From Flavobacteriaceae bacterium (GTDB lineage Bacteria > Bacteroidota > Bacteroidia > Flavobacteriales > Flavobacteriaceae), in the NCBI GenBank assembly GCA_018402205.1, contig JAGYIX010000005.1, positions 55,202-119,201 on the forward strand: a DNA stretch of 64,000 nt. The letters are read 5' to 3'. The position numbers were made by a program, and so were the translations under genes. Shown here piece after piece: positions 55,974 to 64,000 of the stretch (within the stretch, counting starts at the first letter, position 1; each line of letters begins with the position of its first letter). The notes under the pieces were generated by a model that was not told the DNA's origin, made no database searches, and worked only from the letters and a program-made list of their open reading frames with translations.

Positions 55974-56666
55974 ATGAAATATATTATTGTCGGACTCGGA
56001 AACTTTGGCGCATCTCTAGGCCAAAAACTAACCAGCCAAGGAAACGAGGTTATTGGTATCGATACCAGCGCTGCTAAGGTAGAGGCATACCGCGAAAAAA
56101 TTACCTACACCATGGAAATGGACGCCACAGATGAACTTGCCGTTTCGGGCTTGCCCCTAAAAAGCACTGATATCGTGGTTATTGGTATTGGAGAAGACCA
56201 AGGAGCAAACATAATGGCAACCGCACTTTTTAAAAATCTCGAAGTAAAACGCCTCATAAGCCGCTCCATTAATCCGCTGCACGAGAAGGTCTTACAGGCA
56301 ATAGGTGTTGACGAGATCGTGCGCCCAGAAGAAGAAACCGCCGAGCGTTGGGCCAAAAAACTTTGTCTAGTAAACGTGGTAGATTCATTTGAATTAAGCG
56401 ACGACTATAGTATAATCGAGGCCACGGTGCCTGAAGAGTATGTAGGCAAGACTTTAAAAGAGGTCGGATTTCGCTCAAAGTACAACTTACTTGTGCTCAC
56501 TATCATCAAGAAGGTAGAAGCAACCTCTATTCTAGGAAAAACTAAAATGGAAAATCAAGTACAAGGGGTAGCCTCTGCAGAAAATAGCCTAGAAAAAGGC
56601 AATATATTGGTGCTATACGGTGCTAATAAAGACCTTCAGCACTTCTTAAAGCAGAAATTTAGATAG
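55974..56666 (+). CDS. TrkA/KtrA family potassium uptake regulatory subunit
   Basis: Rossmann IIVGLGNFGASLGQKL (TrkA-N) and a C-terminal TrkA-C-like domain. 3-nt gap after the TrkH gene. Confidence 0.85.
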   Translation: MKYIIVGLGNFGASLGQKLTSQGNEVIGIDTSAAKVEAYREKITYTMEMDATDELAVSGLPLKSTDIVVIGIGEDQGANIMATALFKNLEVKRLISRSINPLHEKVLQAIGVDEIVRPEEETAERWAKKLCLVNVVDSFELSDDYSIIEATVPEEYVGKTLKEVGFRSKYNLLVLTIIKKVEATSILGKTKMENQVQGVASAENSLEKGNILVLYGANKDLQHFLKQKFR

Positions 56667-56970
56667 CCCTAAACGAGATAATTCGCTTATAGTGGGTTTC
56701 AACGGCCATAGCGAATTTAAAATCGAGAGTGGTTAGTCCAGAAGCATCGTGCGTAGTCAACGACACATCAACAACCTTGGCATTTACCACAATATCGGGG
56801 TGATGATTTTGCTCATTCGCCTCTCTAGAAAGCCGCGTTAATAGCTCGTGTACTTCTTGCAAACTATCAAGCTCTAAACGAAGCTTAAGTGCATTATCAA
56901 CTATGCTCCAATGCAGGTCAAGTTGATCGAGTACATACCTTTGTTGCTCTTCTTCAGACAATCTTTTCAT
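56659..56970 (-). CDS. 4a-hydroxytetrahydrobiopterin (pterin-4a-carbinolamine) dehydratase
   Basis: 103 aa; the EQNHHPDI motif and overall length are typical of the PCD/DCoH family. Confidence 0.8.
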   Translation of the reverse strand: MKRLSEEEQQRYVLDQLDLHWSIVDNALKLRLELDSLQEVHELLTRLSREANEQNHHPDIVVNAKVVDVSLTTHDASGLTTLDFKFAMAVETHYKRIISFRAI

Positions 56971-56980
56971 AAATTACAAG

Positions 56981-59062
56981 ATGCAAATAAAAATCATGAA
57001 AAACCATTTCTCTATTGCGCTTATTCTCATGCCTTTTTTCGTTGTTTTCGGACAGATTAATCCGCAAAACATTGAAATTATTCGCGATGCCTATGGTGTG
57101 CCTCATATCTATGCTAAAACAGATGCTGAAGTAGCCTACGGTCTCGCCTGGGCGCATGCAGAAGACGATTTTGAAACCATTCAACTTGGATTTTTAGCGG
57201 GAGACGCGAAACTTTCAAAAACTATTGGATTAAAAGGGGCTCCCGCAGATTTTTTACAGCAATTCATTCAAGCAGAAAAAACAGCAAGAGAACAAGTACA
57301 CACGCTTTCAGACGACTTTATGCAAGTAGTTAAAGGGTACGCAGAGGGGCTTAGTGCCTATGCAGAGGCGCATAAAGAAGAGGTGCTGCTCGATGAACTT
57401 TTTCCAATAAGCCCCATTCAAATGATCGCGTATTCTCAACTTCAGCTTTTTGTATCTAATGCGGCTGACCGCTTGGTTAGTCAGATTCTGAAGAAAAGAA
57501 CACCCAGAGAGCTTCCTATTCAAACCGAGAGCAATGGATCAAACCTTATCGCCCTTTCTAGCAAAAAAACCGGACAAAACGCTAGTTTTCTTACCATAAA
57601 CACCCATCAACCCTTAGAGGGGCCAACCTCATGGTATGAGGCGCACCTAGTAAGCGAAGAGGGCACTAATATTATTGGAGCACTTTTTCCTGGAGCGCCC
57701 TGCGTACTTACAGGAGCTAACGAATATTTAGGCTGGACACATACGGTGAACTTCCAAGACAAGGCCGATATTTTTAAGCTAGAGGTCACTGACAAAAAGA
57801 ATCTTACCTACAGGGTAGACAATGACCTGCTTACACTTGAAAAGCACAAAGCCAAGGTCTATTTCAAATTTTTAGGACTACGCATCGGAATCAACCGCCC
57901 TTTCTACTCTAGTATTTACGGGCCAACACTTAAAAACTCAAAAGGGTTTTACGCCGTTCGTACCCCAAGCACTACTACGGTTCGCGCCCTAGAGCAGTGG
58001 TGGCGAATGAACAAAGCGCAATCGTTTACCGAGTTCTACCAGGCGTTAAAAATGAACGCTTTACCCGGATACAACATCGGATATGCCGATAAGAATGACA
58101 CCATATTTTACATCTCTAACGGTAAAATGCCCATACGTGCCGAAGGATACAATTGGGAGGGTCTGGTGCCCGGAAATACCTATGAAACACTTTGGGACAG
58201 TTACTACGAGACCGAAGACCTTCCGCAGGTCATTCAGCCTAAATCGGGTTACGTGTACAACGCCAACCACAGCCCCTTTAAGTCAAGCGCACCAGAAGAC
58301 AATCCCAAAGCTGAAGACTATCCTATTTCTATGGGCTACGAGCGGTACGATAATAACAGAAGTACAAGGCTCTTTAAGTTGCTAGAAGAAACGGATACTA
58401 TAGATTTTCAGCGGTTAAAACAAATTAAGTACGACCATACGCTGCCAGATCCACTCAATTATAACTATGTAAATCTCAATGCTTTATTTGATATGGACCC
58501 TGCAGACTATCCAGGTGTAGGAAGCTTACTGCGAAAAATTCAATCATGGGACAGAGTAGCGGCAGCAGACTCAAAAGGGGCAGCAGCCTATGCCATTTTA
58601 TACTATCAATTAGGGCGCTACTGGGCGAAGCTGGGCGAAGACAAAACGTTCGATATGGCAACGCTTCACAAGGGGCTCAAACGCACAAGCCGCTACATGA
58701 ATCGCCATTTTAAGTCGCAAGACATTGTGCTTGGCGATTTTCAGAAGCTGGTAAGGGGCGACAAGAATATTCCGATTTGGGGGCTTCCAGACGTGGTGAC
58801 AGCCATGCACGGGGCTCCGTTTAAAGACGGACGCTACCGCATCACCAACGGCGAGTCTTACATCGCGCTCATTCAGTTTAGAGAAGACGAGACCCACTAT
58901 CAGTCGGTTATTTCGTACGGAAACAGCAATCGTAAAAGTTCGCTTCACTACGACGACCAGATGAAGCTCTATCAAAATTTTCAGACTAAACCCATGTCTT
59001 TTAATAGAGACGATGTGGTGCAAAATTCAGTAAGGCGCTATGCACCAGTGGCTAATGACTAA
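56981..59062 (+). CDS. penicillin-acylase-family Ntn hydrolase (possible acyl-homoserine-lactone/beta-lactam acylase), secreted
   Basis: Signal peptide. RDAYGVPHIYA N-terminal block. Autoproteolysis-site-like ESNG/SNLIALSS (Ser-Asn nucleophile). Start could instead be ATG 56996. Confidence 0.7.
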   Translation: MQIKIMKNHFSIALILMPFFVVFGQINPQNIEIIRDAYGVPHIYAKTDAEVAYGLAWAHAEDDFETIQLGFLAGDAKLSKTIGLKGAPADFLQQFIQAEKTAREQVHTLSDDFMQVVKGYAEGLSAYAEAHKEEVLLDELFPISPIQMIAYSQLQLFVSNAADRLVSQILKKRTPRELPIQTESNGSNLIALSSKKTGQNASFLTINTHQPLEGPTSWYEAHLVSEEGTNIIGALFPGAPCVLTGANEYLGWTHTVNFQDKADIFKLEVTDKKNLTYRVDNDLLTLEKHKAKVYFKFLGLRIGINRPFYSSIYGPTLKNSKGFYAVRTPSTTTVRALEQWWRMNKAQSFTEFYQALKMNALPGYNIGYADKNDTIFYISNGKMPIRAEGYNWEGLVPGNTYETLWDSYYETEDLPQVIQPKSGYVYNANHSPFKSSAPEDNPKAEDYPISMGYERYDNNRSTRLFKLLEETDTIDFQRLKQIKYDHTLPDPLNYNYVNLNALFDMDPADYPGVGSLLRKIQSWDRVAAADSKGAAAYAILYYQLGRYWAKLGEDKTFDMATLHKGLKRTSRYMNRHFKSQDIVLGDFQKLVRGDKNIPIWGLPDVVTAMHGAPFKDGRYRITNGESYIALIQFREDETHYQSVISYGNSNRKSSLHYDDQMKLYQNFQTKPMSFNRDDVVQNSVRRYAPVAND

Positions 59063-59098
59063 CCTTTGGTTTTGTTAATTTAGTATATTCGCTGTGCT

Positions 59099-59917
59099 AT
59101 GGAATCTTTTTTACTCTTTTTTGAACAGATGCCGGTTTGGATGAAAGCCGCCTGGATCTTCTTTGTTCTAGGCATTTTCTGGATCGCAGAAGGGTATTAT
59201 GCTCAAATCAATTTCAGCTACAAAAAATGGCGTCATGCACGAGTTAATGGCTCGCTGCTTTTCATGGTTATGCTTATTAATGTGGCATTCGGAGCACTCA
59301 CAGCACTGCTTTATCAATGGATCAATCAAAGTAATTTTGGGCTTTTAAACTTGATCGAGTGGCCTTTATGGGCCGAGCTCATAATTGCCCTAATCTTTCT
59401 TGATTTTATCGCCCAATACTTTGTGCACTTTTTACTGCATAAAGTACCCGCCCTTTGGAGGCTACACCTGGTGCATCACAGCGATAAGCACGTCGACGTC
59501 ACTACTGGAACACGACACCACCCACTTGATTTTCTGCTCAGAGAGACCTTCGCATTAATAGCCATAGCCCTTACAGGCATGCCGGTCTCTTTTTATTTGT
59601 TTTATCGCATCTTGAGTGTGGTATTCACCTATTTCACGCACGCAAATATCGCCCTTCCAGTGGGGATTGATAAAGCCATTTCTTATGTGTTTGTTACTCC
59701 GAATATGCACAAGTTTCATCACCACAACGAGCTACCTTGGACCGACTCTAACTTCGGCAATATGCTGTCTATTTGGGATCGAATCTTTGGAACCTTTGTC
59801 TACGGAGATCTAACTAAAGTAGTGTATGGTGTAGATATCGCAGATCACAAAGACGATCAAAACCTTTGGGTGCAGCTTGGGGTGCCCTTTGATCGATCTA
59901 TCAAATCTAAGCGTTAA
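59099..59917 (+). CDS. fatty acid hydroxylase superfamily (sterol desaturase family) membrane protein
   Basis: His boxes HFLLHKVPALWRLHLVHH, HH (TRHHP) and HKFHHH, with SIWDRIFGTF. Confidence 0.8.
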   Translation: MESFLLFFEQMPVWMKAAWIFFVLGIFWIAEGYYAQINFSYKKWRHARVNGSLLFMVMLINVAFGALTALLYQWINQSNFGLLNLIEWPLWAELIIALIFLDFIAQYFVHFLLHKVPALWRLHLVHHSDKHVDVTTGTRHHPLDFLLRETFALIAIALTGMPVSFYLFYRILSVVFTYFTHANIALPVGIDKAISYVFVTPNMHKFHHHNELPWTDSNFGNMLSIWDRIFGTFVYGDLTKVVYGVDIADHKDDQNLWVQLGVPFDRSIKSKR

Positions 59918-61371
59918 CTCAGCGCTTGTAAAGGCCACAACAGCGGCATTAGATAGTACACCCATAAAGTAATGAGCAAAATAGAAAACAGGTTTAGCCC
60001 AAGCCCGGCGCGAATCATATCTGACATGTTAACATAGCCTGAGCCAAAAACCACGGCATTTGGCGGAGTAGCCACTGGCAACATAAATGCACAAGATGCC
60101 GCCAGCGTTGCGCTAATCATGAAGGTATACGGATGCACTCCCATAGCAGCCGCCAACGGTGCCAAAACAGGCAAAATCATCGCTGTAGTGGCTAAGTTCG
60201 AAGTGATTTCAGTCAAGAAATTAATAGCGGCCACTAGCACCAAAGTCATTAACAGTAGTGGAAGAAACTGCAAAGTGACTAGCTGCTCGGCAAACCATTG
60301 GGCAAGGCCGGTTTCTTTAAAGCCTTGTGCTATGGCTAATCCGCCACCAAAAAGCAACAGAATACCCCAAGGCACCCTTTTTGAATCGTCCCAGTGAAGA
60401 ATAGCCTCCCCTTTAGAAGACCCAGGCAGCACAAAAAGAATAATTCCTGAGGCCAAGGCGATAATGGTGTCGTCTATAGCTGGTAAAATAGGGGCAAGCA
60501 AAAAAGATCTGCTCATCCAGGCGATAGCCGTAAGTACAAACACTAGTAATACTTTTTTCTCTGAAGCATTCATTTGCCCTAAAGCCGCGCGCTGGCGACT
60601 TATCTCTTCAACTCCTCCGGCAAAATCATCGGCCTTAAGCGTGATCGCCATTCGAGTGAGGTAAAGCCAGCATACGACCAAAAGCACTACCGATAGCGGA
60701 AACGCAAGTAACATCCAGTCTAAAAAGCCAATCTCTACCCCATACAGCTCTTTAACAATTCCCGCCAAAACCAGATTGGGCGGGGTTCCGATTAGGGTGG
60801 CCATTCCGCCAATAGAGGCGCTATAGGCGATGGAAAGCATAAGCATCTTTCCAAACTGGGTGTGCTCGTTTTCTGGGGTTTCTGGGTGATCTCTATATTG
60901 GGCAATAATTGCCAGGCCTATGGGAAGCATCATTACCGAGGTGGCTGTATTAGATATCCACATCGACAAAAAAGCAGTGGCCACCATAAATCCCAGCACA
61001 ATAAGTCGCATTCGGGTTCCAATAAGCGCAATAATGGTTAGTGCAATACGTCGGTGTAAATTGACCTTCTCGATGGCTATGGCCAGCAGAAATCCGCCGA
61101 GATATAAAAAAACATATTTATGCCCATAAGCCACGGTAGTCGTGGTCAAATCAAGAGCTCCGGTAAGCGGAAAAAGCACCATGGGTAATAGCGCGCTAAC
61201 GGCAATCGGAACGGCCTCGGTTACCCACCATGTACCTATCCAAAGCGCAACAGCAAGGGCGGCAATAGCATCGGACGAAAGCCCCTTAGGAGAGAATCCG
61301 AAATAAACCACTGCAAAAAAAAGCGGACCCAGTACCAAGCCGATATTGGCCGCAGAAAAGCGACTACGCAT
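59914..61371 (-). CDS. DASS/SLC13 family anion:sodium symporter
   Basis: Multi-TM protein with the TWWVTEAVPIAVSALLPMVLFPLTG N-terminal hairpin motif and the repeat ATPPNAVVFGSG. Start moved to ATG 61371 (8-nt overlap with the upstream gene). Confidence 0.8.
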   Translation of the reverse strand: MRSRFSAANIGLVLGPLFFAVVYFGFSPKGLSSDAIAALAVALWIGTWWVTEAVPIAVSALLPMVLFPLTGALDLTTTTVAYGHKYVFLYLGGFLLAIAIEKVNLHRRIALTIIALIGTRMRLIVLGFMVATAFLSMWISNTATSVMMLPIGLAIIAQYRDHPETPENEHTQFGKMLMLSIAYSASIGGMATLIGTPPNLVLAGIVKELYGVEIGFLDWMLLAFPLSVVLLVVCWLYLTRMAITLKADDFAGGVEEISRQRAALGQMNASEKKVLLVFVLTAIAWMSRSFLLAPILPAIDDTIIALASGIILFVLPGSSKGEAILHWDDSKRVPWGILLLFGGGLAIAQGFKETGLAQWFAEQLVTLQFLPLLLMTLVLVAAINFLTEITSNLATTAMILPVLAPLAAAMGVHPYTFMISATLAASCAFMLPVATPPNAVVFGSGYVNMSDMIRAGLGLNLFSILLITLWVYYLMPLLWPLQALS

Positions 61372-62593
61372 CGGCAAGGGCCCATTTGGTGGCTAGGCCC
61401 GAGAGAGCGCTCAAGCCTACTAAAAGGGTAAATGGTAAGCCCATTGCCACGAAGAACGCTGAAGCCCACACGTACAAACCAATGAGCAACGCGATACGCA
61501 AGGCCTCAAAAACTAAAGCCCAACGAGAGCCATCCATGAGCGAAGAATAACCCAAAACCATCAAAAAAATCAGCGCTCCTGAATAAACTCTGTGAATAGT
61601 ACTCAAGTCTGAAAAGAGTGCGAAAAAGTAAAACAACAAGCTTATAGCTAGTACAAACTGAACGAAGACCACCACCTTGCGCAGCAAGGTGCTCTTCGGA
61701 TCATACTTTTCATAGGCATACACATCTTCAATGATGGGTCGCTCAAAACGATTAGCTACATCGGCTGGGCGCCAACCTGTGGGCATAAACCAAATACGCA
61801 ACTTGTCTATAAAACGCCTAGCATGCCAAGCATCAAAGGCAAGGTTATAGGCGTGTTGAAAATTGATCCATAAAGGGTTATAGGTTTCTGCAGGTTTCAG
61901 CACTCCATAGCGGGGAGGCACCTCGTCTAATTCTTCTTGAAAAGTTCCAAAAAGACGATCCCAGACAGAGAAGATTTGTCCTAGATTTTTGTCTATATAC
62001 TGCTGATTGATCGCATGATGAACCCGATGCTGAGAAGGGGTCACCAAGATGTATTCAATAAAGCCCAGCTTTCCGATATGCTGGGTGTGGTACCAAAATT
62101 GCCCGAAAAGATGCAGCGGTGCTAACACTGCGATTACCGAATACGGAACGCCCAATAAAGCGGCTGGTAATAACAAAATAGCAGTATATCCGACTACGTT
62201 AGAGATCGACTGTCTAAGCGCGCAGGCCAAGTTGAAGTCTTCGCTCGAGTGGTGAATCACGTGCTGATTCCAAAATATATTCACATGGTGACTCAGGCGA
62301 TGGTTCCAATAACCGGCAAAGTCAATCACCACAAAGGCGATAGCCCAAGTTAACCATGATCCTGAAACCTCTGTGACCGCCAAGCGAGATACCAAAAACG
62401 GATAACTCACTAGCACAAGCGCTAAACCAAGACTGTCTTTGAGTACATTGGTGACTCCACTGCTCAAACTGCTCAAGGTATCAAATAGCCTGTATTTCTG
62501 TTGCTTCGCATAGTGACCGTAGGCAATTTCGATCAACACCAAGACCATAAAGGCTGGAATAGCATAAAGCAAAGCGTTAGCGTAAGCATTCAT
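61364..62593 (-). CDS. fatty acid hydroxylase superfamily monooxygenase resembling alkylglycerol monooxygenase (AGMO/TMEM195) over its full length
   Basis: HRLSHHVNIFWNQHVIHHSSEDFNLACALRQS, FWYHTQH and PSQHRVHH...IFSVWDRLFGTF, plus a multi-TM C-terminal extension of about 120 aa that ordinary bacterial sterol-desaturase-family proteins lack. Confidence 0.65.
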   Translation of the reverse strand: MNAYANALLYAIPAFMVLVLIEIAYGHYAKQQKYRLFDTLSSLSSGVTNVLKDSLGLALVLVSYPFLVSRLAVTEVSGSWLTWAIAFVVIDFAGYWNHRLSHHVNIFWNQHVIHHSSEDFNLACALRQSISNVVGYTAILLLPAALLGVPYSVIAVLAPLHLFGQFWYHTQHIGKLGFIEYILVTPSQHRVHHAINQQYIDKNLGQIFSVWDRLFGTFQEELDEVPPRYGVLKPAETYNPLWINFQHAYNLAFDAWHARRFIDKLRIWFMPTGWRPADVANRFERPIIEDVYAYEKYDPKSTLLRKVVVFVQFVLAISLLFYFFALFSDLSTIHRVYSGALIFLMVLGYSSLMDGSRWALVFEALRIALLIGLYVWASAFFVAMGLPFTLLVGLSALSGLATKWALADA

Positions 62594-62644
62594 AGCTTTA
62601 AAAATACTAAAATTCTCCGCTTAAAAACTTAGTAAACTTCAGTG

Positions 62645-62652
62645 TATTTTTG
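62645..62652 (+). promoter_or_regulatory. candidate -7 box (TAnnTTTG)
   Basis: TATTTTTG lies 17 nt upstream of ATG 62670. Confidence 0.35.
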
Positions 62653-62669
62653 CTCAAACAACCCAACCT

Positions 62670-63587
62670 ATGCAATTACAACTGACAGACGAAACCTCTA
62701 GGTTGCGTTCGGTGATTCTGGGAATTGCACATCAGAACGGCCCCGCTCCTACTTTAGAGGAGGCCTATGACCCAAAATCAAGAGTGCACATTGCTCAAAA
62801 TTCCTATCCGCTCGAGAGCGATATGATCAAAGAACTCGACGCGTTTGCAATAGTACTTCAACGTTATGAGGTGCAGGTATTCCGGCCTCAAATTATCGAA
62901 GACTGCAATCAAATATTCTCTAGAGACATCGGGTTTGTCATAGATGATTTTTTTGTGAAGGCAAATATCTTGCCCGATCGCGAAAGAGAAATACAGGCTA
63001 TCAAACACATACTGAGCCTTATCGACCCTTCAAAAATACTAACGCCGCCTAGCGAGGTTCACGTTGAAGGCGGAGATGTAATGCTTCACGGCGAACACCT
63101 ATTTGTGGGCTATTACAACCAACCCGACTATGCCCAGACCATTACCGCTCGAACCAACGTTCAAGCAGTAGATTGGTTAGGCAAGCAGTTCGGCAACAAA
63201 AAAGTAAAGGCCTTTGAGTTGCGCAAATCAAATACCGATCCGTTTGCCAATGCTCTTCACCTTGATTGCTGTTTTCAGCCGGTGGGAGACCGCTATGCTA
63301 TCATTCACAAAGAAGGGTTTATGCACCAAGAAGATGTAGATTACCTTACTAGCCTCTTTGGCGCAGAGCAGTTATTTCCTATTTCGGCACAAGAGATGTA
63401 TGAAATGAATAGCAATATTTTCTCGATTAGCCCCACCGCCGTGGTCTCTGATCACAGCTTCGACCGCCTAAATTCATGGTTACGCTCAAAAGACATTACC
63501 GTCGAAGCTGTACCTTTTAGAGAAATAGCCAAACAAGAGGGCCTGCTGCGCTGTACAACACTTCCGCTGTTCAGAGACCCCAAATAA
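62670..63587 (+). CDS. amidinotransferase-fold protein, dimethylarginine dimethylaminohydrolase (DDAH)-like
   Basis: Motifs SRDIGFVIDD, HVEGGDVM, ALHLDCCF and a C-terminal catalytic-Cys context EGLLRCTTLPL. Confidence 0.6.
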   Translation: MQLQLTDETSRLRSVILGIAHQNGPAPTLEEAYDPKSRVHIAQNSYPLESDMIKELDAFAIVLQRYEVQVFRPQIIEDCNQIFSRDIGFVIDDFFVKANILPDREREIQAIKHILSLIDPSKILTPPSEVHVEGGDVMLHGEHLFVGYYNQPDYAQTITARTNVQAVDWLGKQFGNKKVKAFELRKSNTDPFANALHLDCCFQPVGDRYAIIHKEGFMHQEDVDYLTSLFGAEQLFPISAQEMYEMNSNIFSISPTAVVSDHSFDRLNSWLRSKDITVEAVPFREIAKQEGLLRCTTLPLFRDPK

Positions 63588-63595
63588 AGAACCCC

Positions 63596-64000
63596 ATGAA
63601 GCAATACAGTTCACATCTTCTGATGGTGCGCCCATCGAGTTTTAGAAAAAACGAAGAAACTGCCGTCAACAATTATTTTCAAGCAGACGCAGGCCTTGAG
63701 TCGAAGGCGGTTCTGAAAGAGGCCCAAACGAAGTTTGACGCCATGGTTCAACAGTTGAGGCAGGCACGCATAAACGTTACTGTGTTTGACGAACCCGAAG
63801 GCAGTGATACACCAGATGCGCTTTTTCCGAATAACTGGATCTCGATGCACCACGACAGACGTGTTGCGCTATACCCAATGTTCGCCGAAAATCGTAGACG
63901 TGAGCGCCGAGAAGAGGTGCTTGATCTTTTAGAAGAGCAGGGTTTTGAGATTGAAGAAGTGATCGATTACAGCAGAGCTGAAGAAGAAGGCCTTTACCTA
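63596..64000 (+). CDS. arginine deiminase-related / CtlX-like amidinotransferase-fold protein, 3-prime end beyond the window
   Basis: Absent from the ORF track because no stop falls in the window. ATG 63596 opens 135 codons to the window end: MKQYSSHLLMVRPSSFRKNEETAVNNYFQ...DALFPNNWISMHHD, typical of this family. Confidence 0.7.
   Translation, partial: MKQYSSHLLMVRPSSFRKNEETAVNNYFQADAGLESKAVLKEAQTKFDAMVQQLRQARINVTVFDEPEGSDTPDALFPNNWISMHHDRRVALYPMFAENRRRERREEVLDLLEEQGFEIEEVIDYSRAEEEGLYL

Noticed and set aside
52950-56700. AT-richer stretch (LysR about 37-40% GC by spot counts versus about 50% in the GH3 region) as a possible horizontally acquired island.
   Set aside because: There are no flanking repeats, tRNA or mobility genes. 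Other clearly native-looking genes such as otsAB are similarly AT-rich in spot counts, so the variation looks gene-specific rather than island-like. A proper sliding-window GC/codon analysis was not possible here.
63611-63853. 80-aa minus-strand ORF listed in the track near the window end.
   Set aside because: The plus strand here encodes an open 135-codon N-terminus of a CtlX/arginine-deiminase-related protein with typical motifs. The minus-strand ORF is its shadow.
1-64000. Search for CRISPR arrays, tRNA/rRNA genes, transposases, integrases, phage genes, restriction-modification, toxin-antitoxin or other defence-type systems.
   Set aside because: No spaced direct-repeat arrays and no tRNA-like T-arm motifs were noticed. 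None of the translated ORFs shows nuclease, ATPase, recombinase or transposase signatures. Every long ORF is explained by a metabolic, transport or envelope family.

Overview
Gene-dense (about 95% coding) chromosomal window that reads like a Bacteroidota genome. Evidence for that: Sec and lipoprotein signal peptides, TonB-dependent receptors, DUF1080/DUF2147/DUF2911/DUF5916 families, almost no Shine-Dalgarno sites, and TAnnTTTG-type -7 boxes. I can support about 55 protein genes, 2 intrinsic terminators, one LysR-type operator palindrome, 3 candidate -7 promoter boxes and one 18-bp tandem duplication. I see no rRNA, tRNA, CRISPR array, transposase, integrase, phage gene or recognisable defence/toxin system, so the window is mostly ordinary metabolism and transport. 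Functional blocks in order: GH20 hexosaminidase plus SIS protein; a glycan/peptide cluster (Gfo/Idh/MocA, S10 carboxypeptidase, DUF5916, PA14-GH3, Gfo/Idh/MocA); a TonB receptor plus secreted VanX-like dipeptidase operon; trehalose genes (fused OtsA-OtsB head-to-head with a GH15); an RND efflux operon preceded by a TonB receptor and an alkaline-phosphatase-superfamily gene; a split zinc metalloprotease; a 7-gene operon (NagX/HGSNAT-like acetyltransferase, 2x DUF1080, Tat-type Gfo/Idh/MocA, creatininase-fold, SGNH esterase, DUF2147) lying divergent, across one carboxypeptidase-regulatory-like gene, from a nagB-GH20-PhyH-SDR-cutC operon; a TsdA-like dihaem cytochrome; acetoacetyl-CoA synthetase plus thiolase; tsaC/sua5; a LysR regulator with a broken SbtA-like permease; TrkH/TrkA; an orphan pterin-4a-carbinolamine dehydratase; a penicillin-acylase-family protein; two fatty-acid-hydroxylase-superfamily genes, one resembling animal alkylglycerol monooxygenase, around a DASS transporter; and two amidinotransferase-fold genes. 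The best candidates for undescribed biology are (1) the 7-gene periplasmic oxidative amino-sugar glycoside operon and (2) the AGMO-like monooxygenase/DASS operon near an orphan pterin-recycling enzyme. Both are inferences from gene content, not demonstrated systems. Separately, three loci show indel-type reading-frame disruption and a fourth lacks a stop codon between two genes. At least two of these four sit at homopolymer runs, which points to sequence-quality problems or real pseudogenisation. All family assignments rest on motif recognition in the supplied translations; no searches were run.
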